Below, in pieces: positions 47,187 to 56,702 of a stretch of DNA of 64,000 bases. Position numbers and translations under genes: made by a program. Where the stretch lies: the NCBI GenBank assembly GCA_963817385.1, contig CAWFOM010000005.1, forward strand, positions 194,596 to 258,595, in the 5' to 3' direction. Each line of letters begins with the position of its first letter. The stretch's first letter is position 1. Below the pieces are notes generated by a model, which saw only the letters and a program-made list of their open reading frames with translations, was not told the origin of the DNA and ran no database searches. This stretch comes from an uncultured delta proteobacterium. GTDB lineage: Bacteria; Desulfobacterota; Syntrophia; Syntrophales; UBA5619.

Positions 47187-48071
47187 ATGTTGACGAACGT
47201 CGGTTTTATCGGTTTAGGGGTGATGGGGAGACCCATGGCCCTGAACCTCATCAAAGGCGGTTATCGCCTCCGGGTGTACGGACGGCGGAAAGAGACGATG
47301 GCCCCCCTGCTGGAGGCCGGCGCCACCGCCTGCGGGTCGCCGGAAGAAGTCGCCAGGGGCTGTGACGTCGTCTTTACCATGGTGACCACCACCCAGGATG
47401 TCCTGGCGGTCGTTCTGGGTGAGCGGGGCGTTGTCGCCGGCGCCCGACGGGGCGCCATCCTGGTGGATATGGGGACCATCTCGCCCGCCGCCACGCGCAC
47501 GATCGCCGCACGGCTCGCAGAGGCGGGTATCGAGGCGCTCGACGCCCCCGTTTCGGGCGGGGGAATCGGGGCGATAAACGGAACCCTTTCCATCATGGTA
47601 GGGGGGAAACCGGAGATATTTGAGCGGGTCAAACCGCTTTTTTCCTGCATGGGGAAGAACATCGTCCATATCGGTCCGAACAGCGCCGGGCAGGTCGCCA
47701 AGGCCTGCAATCAGATCGTCATGCTCATGACCCTTCAGGGCCTGGCCGAGGCGTTCACCTTCGCGCGCAAGAACGGATTGGATCCGCAAAAGGTGTATGA
47801 GTCATTAGCCGGGGGCGCCGCCGAGTGCAGAATTCGGGAAGTGCTGGGGAAACGGATGGTGGAGAGAAATTACGTCCCCGGAATCGAAGCGCGTCTCCAC
47901 TACAAAGACATCCAGATCGTTCTCAACGAAGCCCATGCCCTCGGCATGGCGCTGCCGGGGACCGCCCTGGTAACCCAGATGTTCAACGCCCTCATCGGCC
48001 GCGGCGGCGGCAACGAAGATTCTTCACAGCTCGTGGAAGTGATCGAGACCCTATCGAAACCCCGGCAATAA
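47187..48071 (+). CDS. Second, tandem tartronate semialdehyde reductase-like dehydrogenase
   Basis: It is a paralog of the preceding gene (VGFIGLGVMGRPMALNL...). An internal segment is copied as a decayed fragment at 54375-54546. Confidence 0.88.
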   Translation: MLTNVGFIGLGVMGRPMALNLIKGGYRLRVYGRRKETMAPLLEAGATACGSPEEVARGCDVVFTMVTTTQDVLAVVLGERGVVAGARRGAILVDMGTISPAATRTIAARLAEAGIEALDAPVSGGGIGAINGTLSIMVGGKPEIFERVKPLFSCMGKNIVHIGPNSAGQVAKACNQIVMLMTLQGLAEAFTFARKNGLDPQKVYESLAGGAAECRIREVLGKRMVERNYVPGIEARLHYKDIQIVLNEAHALGMALPGTALVTQMFNALIGRGGGNEDSSQLVEVIETLSKPRQ

Positions 48072-48110
48072 AATACCCGGCCCTTGCAATCGAGGAACAT
48101 CCCTTGGGGG

Positions 48111-49308
48111 TCACTTTCTCACATTCATCATAAAGATCGGCAGGGCTGCGATCAGCATCGACGCTATCACCCAGAATGAAAGCTGATAACTATAACGGGC
48201 GATCAGGAATCCCGCCAGGATGGGGCCTGAGGCATGCCCTATGTCGAAGATCGTGCCGAAGGCGCCCATAGCGGTGCCGAAGTGCTTTTCCTTGCACAGA
48301 TCGGCGACCAAGGCGGCGCCGGACGACGTAACGACCGCTCCGCCCAGGCCGAAGAACGCCGCAGCGATCATAAGCATCGAGAAGCCGGTCAATAGCGGGA
48401 TCGCGCCGAACGATATGGCGCATATCAACAAGCCGATTGAGATAAGAGCTGTTCTTCCATACCTGTCCGACATTTTCCCCATGATCGGCTTGGAGAGGAT
48501 GGTCGTGACCACCTGCACACCCCACAAGATCCCGGCCTGAAATTCGTTGAGGCCGGCGACGGTTACCGCATAGATGGGAAGAAAAGCTTCCAAAGCCCCG
48601 ACGGTCATGTTCTGCAAGCCTTCCATGACTGATGTGATAACGATCCGTTTATCGCTCCCGACCTCTTTGATCCCTGAAACGAACCGCTTGATTGCCTCCG
48701 ATCGGCCGGTTCCCGCTTCAACGGATTTTTCATCCCTGAGCAATCCGAAGAGACAAGAGCAGCGCCATCATCCCGGTGATCCCGCTCAGGAGATAGGCAT
48801 AATGGAATTCTGTAAGGGACGGCGCGGCAGTACCAACAGCGCTGTGCAGGATGAACCCGCCGAGCGGCGCTCCGAGGAGATTCCCGATGATGGTGACGGA
48901 AGAGAACCACGACATCATCTCGCCCTTTTTATTGCCTGCAACATCCGCCACCACCGCCATGGATACAGGACCGTAAATCGCCGTTGCAAGGCCATGGATG
49001 AATCGGATGATGATGAGCGGATAATAGCTCTCTACCCAGAGATAAGCGAAGGGCATGAAGGCGAAGAAGAGCAGCCCGATGAGCATCGTCCTCTGCCTGC
49101 CGATGATATCCGAGAGAGCGCCAGCCGGCAGTTTGAAGAATATCCCCGTAACCGTTGAAATACCCACGGCAAACCCAATGGCTTCGGGTCCTGCGCCGAG
49201 ATAAAGTGCAAAGAGGGGAAGTACGGGGCTTCTCGCAAGGGCGTAAGAGAGCCTCGCGAAGAACCCGACAGTGCAGAGTGCGGTGAAGGGAGAGAGTAAT
49301 TTGTTCAT
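48111..49308 (-). pseudogene. MFS transporter interrupted by one frameshift at about 48740
   Basis: The N-terminal half is in ORF 48730-49377 (from MNKLLSPF) and the C-terminal half is in ORF 48111-48743. The two frames join at ...GMMALLLSL / LLRDEKSVE. Its ATG overlaps the chrA stop (ATGA). Confidence 0.8.
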
Positions 49309-50591
49309 ATGACGATGAATATCTTCCAGATATATCCCGCGCCAGCCGATCCAGCGATCACCGGGATCATCTCCCACTTGAAGCGTTGCATGCCGATGAA
49401 GGCGATCACGGCCGCCGCGAGGGCATACCAGTCAAATCCACCGGTGTCGGGTATGAGGGTATGATAGGTGAAGAGTACCGCGAGGTTTAACACGACCCCG
49501 ACCACCGCCGCAGTGATGGCCTTAAGGGCGGAACCCAGCTTCACATTTTTTCTGAGAGTCTCAATAAAGGGCGCAAGCAGGAAGATCATCATGAACGATG
49601 GGATGAAGGTGACCCAGGTAGCAAGCAGGCCGCCGATGGCGCCGCCAAGGGCAGGAGGCAGTCCCTGTGCATGATGGTACCCCGCAAGGTAGCCCACGAA
49701 CTGATTGACCATGATGAGCGGCCCGGGTGTGCTTTCGGCAAGACCGAGACCGTCCATCATCTGCTCGGGCATGATCCAGTGGTAATGGCTCACGGCCTGC
49801 TGACCGATATACCCCAGGACGGCGTACGCGCCGCCGAACGTGACTATCGCGGCCTTGCTGAACAGGATGCCGATGTCGATGAAGGTGTCGTTCCAGCCCC
49901 GCCAAAGTCCGATGATGATAAGGGGCAATATCCACAGAATGAGAAATACCGCGAGGACCTTGAAAAAACGTCCCCACGTGCGACGTGCGTCGACGCCGCT
50001 GTTCGGTGGGTCCGTTGGGGCTGGGGGTGTCGGCGGGGCATCACTGTTCGTCAGAGCGGTACCGAAAAAATAGCCGATCAGGCCGGCGGATAATATAATG
50101 ACCGGGAACGGCACGTTGAAAAAGTATATCCCGATGAATGCCGCGGCTGCAAGGGCAAACAGGTATCGAGTCTTCAGCGTTTTTTGACCGATACGAAGCA
50201 CCGCCTCAAGCACGATGGCCACCACGGCGGGTTTCAGCCCGTAGAAGACGGCAGTGACCATCGGCACCGCGCCGAGCGATGCATACAGCCAGGCGAGCCC
50301 CCAAAGGATGAAAATGGACGGCAGCACGAACAGACCGCCTGCCAGGATCCCGCCCCATTTTCCGTTCAGATGCCAGCCGATGTAGGTGGCGAGCTGCTGC
50401 GCCTCGGGACCGGGAAGGAGCATGCAGAAGTTAAGCGCCTGGAGGAAGTGATCCTCGGCGATCCATTTCTTTTTTTCGACCAGTTCTCTGTGCATCATCG
50501 CGATCTGGCCGGTGGGGCCGCCGAAGTTGATGAACCCGAGCTTCAGCCAGTATCGTATAGCTTCAGAAAAAGGTATGCCGCTTTGTACCAT
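49305..50591 (-). CDS. chrA: Chromate ion transporter (CHR family)
   Basis: 428 aa with LKLGFINFGGPTGQIAMMHRELVEKKKWI and a duplicated CHR domain. Confidence 0.9.
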   Translation of the reverse strand: MVQSGIPFSEAIRYWLKLGFINFGGPTGQIAMMHRELVEKKKWIAEDHFLQALNFCMLLPGPEAQQLATYIGWHLNGKWGGILAGGLFVLPSIFILWGLAWLYASLGAVPMVTAVFYGLKPAVVAIVLEAVLRIGQKTLKTRYLFALAAAAFIGIYFFNVPFPVIILSAGLIGYFFGTALTNSDAPPTPPAPTDPPNSGVDARRTWGRFFKVLAVFLILWILPLIIIGLWRGWNDTFIDIGILFSKAAIVTFGGAYAVLGYIGQQAVSHYHWIMPEQMMDGLGLAESTPGPLIMVNQFVGYLAGYHHAQGLPPALGGAIGGLLATWVTFIPSFMMIFLLAPFIETLRKNVKLGSALKAITAAVVGVVLNLAVLFTYHTLIPDTGGFDWYALAAAVIAFIGMQRFKWEMIPVIAGSAGAGYIWKIFIVI

Positions 50592-50901
50592 TATTGAATC
50601 TCTTCCGTTATTATGTTTTTGACTGATGCCGCATCTCGAATATAGCCATCCCTTTCTCCGGAAACATTTGATAAAAATCTGCTTTTGTGACGTGGAAGTA
50701 TACGATGGGCGGCCTTGTGAATCAATGAAAGAAAGAATGGCGATTACTATTTGAAATATTAGCCGGAAAGGAGATTTCTCCTGGCTGTTCGGCGCCGTGC
50801 TCTCAGCATCTTCGTCAAGATTGACGATTTGTGACCTACAGTCAATTAAGGATAGTCATCTGAAATCGAAACCTCGGCAATCATTATGATGCGATTCGAT
50901 G

Positions 50902-50946
50902 AAAAAAGGGGGGCGGCGGAGAGACCCGGAGGTCGTCCCGCCGCCT
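50902..50946 (-). terminator. Rho-independent terminator after tctA (copy 1)
   Basis: On the minus strand: GGCGGCGG...(interrupted stem)...CCGCCGCC followed by CCCCTTTTTTC. Confidence 0.7.
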
Positions 50947-50954
50947 TGGTAGGA

Positions 50955-52478
50955 TTACAGCGATTCCACGTTGAGGGTGACCTTCCCGTATCCGAGCTTC
51001 TTCATCACCGCGCGAAACACCGGCGTCAGATAGGCCAGGATGGCCGCCCCCATAAAGAGCAGCGAGATGGGACGGACAAAGAAGATGCTGAAATCACCCC
51101 CCGACAGCATCAGGGATTGGCGGAGCGAGTTTTCCGCCAGCCGCCCCAGGACCAATGCCAGGACCAAAGGCACGATCGGATACTTGAGCTTATTCATGAT
51201 ATAGCCCAGGATGCCGAAGCCGAGCATCATCCAGACGTCGAAGACGTTGTTGTTGGTCGTGAAGGCCCCGACCGTGGCGAAGATGACGATGAAGCACATG
51301 AGGATCGTATAGGGCACCCGCAAAAGCGAGACGAAGACCGGGATGAGGAAGATGTTCATCAGGACCAGGAGGAGATTCCCGATGAACTTGCTCGATATGA
51401 GGCCCCAGACCAGATCGGCGTTGTTCTGGAAGAGGAGCGGACCGGGCCTGATCCCCCACATCATGAAGCCGGCCAGCATGACCGCCGTCGTCGGGGAGCC
51501 GGGGACACCCAGGGCGAGGAGCGGAGCAAAGCCGCTGATCGAGGCGGCGTTGTTCGCCGCTTCGGGCGAGGCGATCCCCTCGATGATGCCGGTGCCGAAC
51601 TTCTCCGGATGCCTGGAGACCCGCTTCTCGGCGAGGTAGGCGAGAAACGAGGCGGTCGTGATCCCCCCGGCGGGGATGAGCCCGATGAAGAACCCGATGA
51701 CCCCGCCCCGGAAGATCGCCCAGCGCGACGCGATCCAGTCATCCCAGGTGAGGAACATATCCTTCAGCTTTATCTTCTGCTTGAGCAGTCCCCGCTCCTC
51801 CCCCTGTTCCAGGCTGTTGAACACCTCGGCCAGGCCGAAGATGCCGCAGATGATGACGATAAAGTCGATTCCTCCCATCAGTTGAGGGGTGCCGAAGGCG
51901 TAACGGGGGACGCCGCTCATAATATCGAGCCCGATGACCGAGATGAAAAGCCCCACCAGGGTGGAGATGATGATCTTCATGGGATCGCCCCCGCCGAAGA
52001 CGGTGAGCATCCCGAATGCCATCATCGCCAGGCCGAAGTATTCGGGCGGTCCGAAACGGAGCGCGAACTTGGCCAGGGCCGGGGCGAACGACATCAAGAG
52101 GACCACGGAGAGCGTTCCGGCGATCCAGGAGCCGATCGCCGCCACGGAGAGGGCCGCCCCCGCGCGTCCTTTCATGGCCATCTGATACCCGTCGAGGCAG
52201 GTCATCACCGACGAGGATTCCCCGGGGACGTTGATAAGAACCGACGTGATCGTGCCGCCGTAGGCCACGCCGTAGTAGATCCCGGCAAACAGGATGATCG
52301 CCGAGGTGGGGTTGACCGAGAAGGTCAGGGGGAGCAAGAGGGCGACCGCGGTGGGCGCCCCGATCCCCGGCAGGACCCCGACGAGCTGACCCACGATACA
52401 TCCGGCAAGGCAGTACAAGAGATTTTCCCACGTCAGGGAGATGGAAAAACCCATCATCAAATTGTTCCAGAGTTCCAT
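50955..52478 (-). CDS. tctA: Tripartite tricarboxylate transporter large permease
   Basis: 507 aa with the TctA-family N-terminus (LAGCIVGQLVGVLPGIGAPTAVALLLPLTF). Confidence 0.93.
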   Translation of the reverse strand: MELWNNLMMGFSISLTWENLLYCLAGCIVGQLVGVLPGIGAPTAVALLLPLTFSVNPTSAIILFAGIYYGVAYGGTITSVLINVPGESSSVMTCLDGYQMAMKGRAGAALSVAAIGSWIAGTLSVVLLMSFAPALAKFALRFGPPEYFGLAMMAFGMLTVFGGGDPMKIIISTLVGLFISVIGLDIMSGVPRYAFGTPQLMGGIDFIVIICGIFGLAEVFNSLEQGEERGLLKQKIKLKDMFLTWDDWIASRWAIFRGGVIGFFIGLIPAGGITTASFLAYLAEKRVSRHPEKFGTGIIEGIASPEAANNAASISGFAPLLALGVPGSPTTAVMLAGFMMWGIRPGPLLFQNNADLVWGLISSKFIGNLLLVLMNIFLIPVFVSLLRVPYTILMCFIVIFATVGAFTTNNNVFDVWMMLGFGILGYIMNKLKYPIVPLVLALVLGRLAENSLRQSLMLSGGDFSIFFVRPISLLFMGAAILAYLTPVFRAVMKKLGYGKVTLNVESL

Positions 52479-52492
52479 ACGCTAAACCCTTT

Positions 52493-52945
52493 CTACCACC
52501 CGATCATGCCCATGGGCAGCGGGATATCCAGCCACTGGGCAAAGACGATATGAATGAAGATGGCCGATATCACCGCCGTTACGCCGCACGTCATTATCTT
52601 ATGCTTCCCGATGATCCGCATGGCCGCGGCCGTGCAAAGAGCAAGCCCGACCGAGAATCCTACAAACGGGAACAGGAGAAAGGTGATGACAATCAGGGCC
52701 AGCATCTGGAATCCCAGTTTGGACCGTGGAGAAAGAAAAGCCCCCATATCGGCGCCGCCTTTCTTCCGGAAAACTTTGAGCACTTCGAAAACGCCGCCGA
52801 CCAAAACACCGATGCCGATCCAGAAGGGGAGGAATCCGGCACCCGGGCCCAAATCCGTGTAATAATGGAGCGGGAGGGAAAAAACGACGATGAAGAGACC
52901 GAGCAGCAAAACTGCCCCTGCCCCGATTAACTCAGCGCGCCACAT
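52493..52945 (-). CDS. tctB: Tripartite tricarboxylate transporter small permease
   Basis: 150 aa with 4 TM helices. It lies between tctC and tctA. Confidence 0.8.
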   Translation of the reverse strand: MWRAELIGAGAVLLLGLFIVVFSLPLHYYTDLGPGAGFLPFWIGIGVLVGGVFEVLKVFRKKGGADMGAFLSPRSKLGFQMLALIVITFLLFPFVGFSVGLALCTAAAMRIIGKHKIMTCGVTAVISAIFIHIVFAQWLDIPLPMGMIGW

Positions 52946-53188
52946 GCATTATTCTCCTTCACATTCCGATCGTCACCTACTCCCCGGACAGGACTTTCGG
53001 GGGAGGTATGTCAGGTAAATACGATTTCCGGTACTTCGCCGATATGCCCCCGGCTAAACTCCGTCCCGTCAGAGAAACACGCCGGGGGTAACGCGATCGA
53101 TCGGTCGCCACGGCAGGTAGTCCAGGCGATCATAAGCCGAACACACCTGCCGCGGCGCCATGTTTGATGTCATTGTACAACCAGAGGC

Positions 53189-54175
53189 CTATTTCAGGAT
53201 CTCCAGTTCCCGCAGGATGTCCCCAAAGAGCTTTTCATTCTTCACGACGAACTGCGAAAACTCCTTGCTCCCCAGGAAGTAAGGGCTGAGCATATACTGC
53301 TTCAGGTACTTTTCCTTCCACATTGTCGTCTCGGTCATCTTCTTCATGAGAGTCTCATAATAGGCGGCCGCTTCCGGAGAGATCTTCGGGGGGGCGGCGA
53401 TCCCGCGGAAGAAGAAAAAGATGACGTCATACCCTTTCTCCTTGAAGGTGGGAACATCCTTCAACAGGGTAAGACGGCTCTCCTTCGCCACGGCAAGGGG
53501 CCGGACCATCTTGGCGTCGTACTGCGGGACGAATTCGCTCGGATTGGCCCAGATCATGTTGACATGACCGCCCAAGAGCGCCGTGATGCACTCCCCGCCG
53601 CTGTTGAAGGGGATGTAGCGCAGCTTGATGCCCGCCGCCTTCTCGAAGAGGCGGTTGCACATCTGATCTTCCTGCCCCGTGCCCGTCCCCGCAATAGTCA
53701 GGGTCTGCTTTTTTGCCGCCGCGACGATGTCTTCGATCGTCTTATAGGGAGAGTCCGTCTTGACGACGATGAGCTGTTCATCCAGGGCCAGGTTGGCGAT
53801 CATGGTGAGATCCTTGTAGGTCGCCGACCCCTTCCCCACCACCATCGGAGCAGTGATCTGGCCGGAGATGAAGGTCACCAACATATGGTCATTGCCGGGC
53901 TGCTGGGCGACCGACGTCTGACCGATGGTACCGCTCCCGCCGGGCTGATTGACCACCAGAAACCGTTCCGGGCAGAGCTTCTCGCTCTTGATGGCGGTGT
54001 CGATGGAGCGGGCGAAGACGTCGCTGCCGCCGCCCGGCGCAAAGGGAGCGACTATGGTGATCGGTTTGGTCGGCTTGAATTCGGCGGCCAGCACCCCGGC
54101 GCTGTACACGAAGAACGCCAGCGTGACCAGCACGACTGCCTGCAACATCTTTCCTCTGTACGGGCTTGCTTTCAT
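53189..54175 (-). CDS. tctC: Tripartite tricarboxylate transporter substrate-binding protein (Bug family)
   Basis: It has a signal peptide and the PFAPGGGSDVFAR motif. The start is taken at MKASPYRG. Confidence 0.88.
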   Translation of the reverse strand: MKASPYRGKMLQAVVLVTLAFFVYSAGVLAAEFKPTKPITIVAPFAPGGGSDVFARSIDTAIKSEKLCPERFLVVNQPGGSGTIGQTSVAQQPGNDHMLVTFISGQITAPMVVGKGSATYKDLTMIANLALDEQLIVVKTDSPYKTIEDIVAAAKKQTLTIAGTGTGQEDQMCNRLFEKAAGIKLRYIPFNSGGECITALLGGHVNMIWANPSEFVPQYDAKMVRPLAVAKESRLTLLKDVPTFKEKGYDVIFFFFRGIAAPPKISPEAAAYYETLMKKMTETTMWKEKYLKQYMLSPYFLGSKEFSQFVVKNEKLFGDILRELEILK

Positions 54176-54317
54176 CTCTCTTCCTCCTTTAAAGTTAATC
54201 AAAAGAATTCCTGAACACCGTAACGTTTGAATTACCCTTATCGCGCAAATATCATAAAAACCATCTTTGCGGTAAAAAATTTTACGGCTCGAACGGAATG
54301 CACCGATGATGACATCG

Positions 54318-54368
54318 GGTGGCCGCCAGATAATCCAGCGCCGCCATCACCCCGCCTTGCTTGCGGGG
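54318..54368 (-). pseudogene. Fragment of the 3' end of a serine-glyoxylate-type aminotransferase gene
   Basis: It translates to KQGGVMAALDYLAA, against KQGGVMAAMDYLAAR at the end of the intact gene at 57881-59047. The nucleotide alignment is clear by eye. Confidence 0.7.
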
Positions 54369-54374
54369 GAGGCC

Positions 54375-54546
54375 CGCGAGGCCTTCACCTTCGCGCGCAA
54401 GAACAGATTGGATCCACGGAGAGTGTGTACAAGTCATTTCCCGGGGGGCGCCGACGAATACAAAATTCGGAAAGTGCTGGGGAAACGGATGGTGGAGCGG
54501 TACGTCCCCGGGATCGAGGCACATCTCCACTACAAAGATATCCAAT
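54375..54546 (+). pseudogene. Decayed internal fragment of the tartronate semialdehyde reductase-like gene at 47187-48071
   Basis: It aligns to about 47746-47934 (EAFTFARKN.LDP...VLGKRMVER.YVPGIEA.LHYKDIQ) with substitutions and indels. It has no start or proper end. Confidence 0.8.
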
Positions 54547-54553
54547 GCCCGAA

Positions 54554-56053
54554 CTACTTCGATAGGGCTCCGCGGAGCTTACCCCACAAAAGCGTAATCG
54601 CCGGCCAGAACAGCAGGAGGAGCCCGGCGGTCATAATCGCGCCGACAAGCCAGTTTGAAAAGAAAATACTCAATGCTCCCTGGGATCCCAATATGGCCTG
54701 GCGGAACGAGACTTCGGTCGGGTCTCCAAGCACTATGGCCAATATCAGAGGTGCCAATGGATAATCCAGCTTTTTAAAGACATAACCGATAACGCCGAAT
54801 AACAGCATGGTCCAGATGTTGAACATGGCATTGTTCACGGAGAAGGCGCCGATCGCACACACCACGACAATGACCGGGGCGATGATCGAAAAGGGGATGC
54901 GAAGGATCGCCGCGAAGAGCGGCACGGTGGAAAGAACGATGACCAGGCCGACGACGTTCGACAGATACATGCTGGCGATCAGGCCCCAGACAAAGTCCTT
55001 TTGCTCGATGAACAAGAGCGGTCCCGGCTGCAGCCCCCAGATCATCAGGCCGCCCAGCAGCACCGCCGCAGTGGCAGAGCCGGGGATGCCCAGCGCCATC
55101 ATCGGCAGGAGCGCGGCGCAGCCGGACCCGTGGGCGGCCGTCTCGGGTGCAAGCACGCCTTCCAGTTCACCGGTGCCGAATTTGTCGCCATTTTTTGAAA
55201 TTTTCTTGGCAAGGCCGTAGCTCATGAAGGATGCGGCGGTTGCGCCGCCCGGTTTGAAACCCATCCAGGCACCGATGACCATGCCTAAGAGCAGCGTCAG
55301 CCAGTACCTCGGCAACTTTTTCCATGTCTGCCACACGACCGACGGGTTAATCTTGGCGTGAACCCCTTCGAATTTAAGACCCTCTTCCATGCTGACCAGG
55401 ATTTCCCCGACGCCGAACAGGCCGATCACCACGACCAGGAAATCGACGCCCCTGAGCAGCTCGGACCAGCCAAAGGTGAGGCGGAGCGTGCCGCTGACGT
55501 TATCCATGCCGATTTGTGCCACGCCAAAGCCCAACATCAGGGAGGCGATGGTCTTGAATGGGTCCTTCCCTGTGCCGATGAAACTGGCAAAGGTAAGAAA
55601 ATAGACGGCAAAGAATTCAGGTGGGCCGAATTCCAGCGCAAAATTTGCCACCAGCGGCGCAAGAAAGGTGATCATCAAAACGGAAAAAAGGGCGCCGAAG
55701 AACGATCCGGTGAAGGAGGCAGTGAGAGCTTCACCGGCCCTCCCCTGCTGGGCCATGGGGTAGCCGTCGAACGTGGTGGCCACCGAATGGGATTCACCGG
55801 GAATATTGAACAGGATCGAGGTGATGGCCCCCGCAAACAAGGAGCCCCAATAGATGCACGACAGCATGACGATTGCCGAGGTGGGAGACATGGTAAACGT
55901 AAGCGGCAGCAGGATAGCAACGCCATTCGGCCCTCCCAGGCCCGGCAGCACGCCGACGAGGACTCCCAGTATAAGGCCGATCGCCATCATGCCGAGGTTA
56001 TACCAGCTCAGGATAACCGAAAAACCATGGAACAGATTTAACACGTTCTCCAC
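54554..56053 (-). CDS. tctA: Tripartite tricarboxylate transporter large permease, second system
   Basis: 499 aa, TctA family (GVLVGVLPGLGGPNGVAILLPLTF). Confidence 0.93.
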   Translation of the reverse strand: MENVLNLFHGFSVILSWYNLGMMAIGLILGVLVGVLPGLGGPNGVAILLPLTFTMSPTSAIVMLSCIYWGSLFAGAITSILFNIPGESHSVATTFDGYPMAQQGRAGEALTASFTGSFFGALFSVLMITFLAPLVANFALEFGPPEFFAVYFLTFASFIGTGKDPFKTIASLMLGFGVAQIGMDNVSGTLRLTFGWSELLRGVDFLVVVIGLFGVGEILVSMEEGLKFEGVHAKINPSVVWQTWKKLPRYWLTLLLGMVIGAWMGFKPGGATAASFMSYGLAKKISKNGDKFGTGELEGVLAPETAAHGSGCAALLPMMALGIPGSATAAVLLGGLMIWGLQPGPLLFIEQKDFVWGLIASMYLSNVVGLVIVLSTVPLFAAILRIPFSIIAPVIVVVCAIGAFSVNNAMFNIWTMLLFGVIGYVFKKLDYPLAPLILAIVLGDPTEVSFRQAILGSQGALSIFFSNWLVGAIMTAGLLLLFWPAITLLWGKLRGALSK

Positions 56054-56094
56054 TTGACAATCCTCCTATGCGGCAGTGCTTCAGTTGGAACAGT

Positions 56095-56610
56095 TCAATA
56101 GCCCAACAGGGATTCCAGCGGCCCCTTGGGGAGCGGAACCATGAACTGAATTTCAAACATATAAAAAAGCAGTACACTGATGCCGACGCTGACCAAGATG
56201 ACTTTAGGCCAACTGAACCGGGCCATCACCCGCATGAAACCGCCGATGAACAGGGCGGAGGCGACATAGATGCCGATGAATTGGGTGGCCAGTACATAGA
56301 AAACAGCAGGTATCAGCACGCAAAGCACCTGTTTGAAGCGGTCCCAGGAAACGAAGAGCTCATGATTGCGGTGTTTGCCGAAAAGCGCCCTGAGAAAAAC
56401 AACCACGCTTGAAATACTGATGATGGCCCCGGTGCGGAACGGAAAGTATCCCGCCTGAGGCCCTTCAGGGGCCCAACCCATCCCGATTCTCTGACCGTCC
56501 ATCATCATCACAACGCCGATGAGGAAGATGGCGACTGCCACGATCAGCTCCGCTGCCTGATACGTCAACCGGACTGAACGAGGTCGTTCCTGCGTTTGTT
56601 TCTGTTCCAT
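56095..56610 (-). CDS. tctB: Tripartite tricarboxylate transporter small permease, second system
   Basis: 171 aa with 4 TM helices. It lies between tctC and tctA. Confidence 0.8.
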   Translation of the reverse strand: MEQKQTQERPRSVRLTYQAAELIVAVAIFLIGVVMMMDGQRIGMGWAPEGPQAGYFPFRTGAIISISSVVVFLRALFGKHRNHELFVSWDRFKQVLCVLIPAVFYVLATQFIGIYVASALFIGGFMRVMARFSWPKVILVSVGISVLLFYMFEIQFMVPLPKGPLESLLGY

Positions 56611-56702
56611 GCACTACCTCCCATGACGAACGGGGAAACAGCGCGCCGGTCCGGCGGTTCGAGCTCGGTACCCGAACCCGCCGGAACCGGCGTGATTCTG
56701 AA

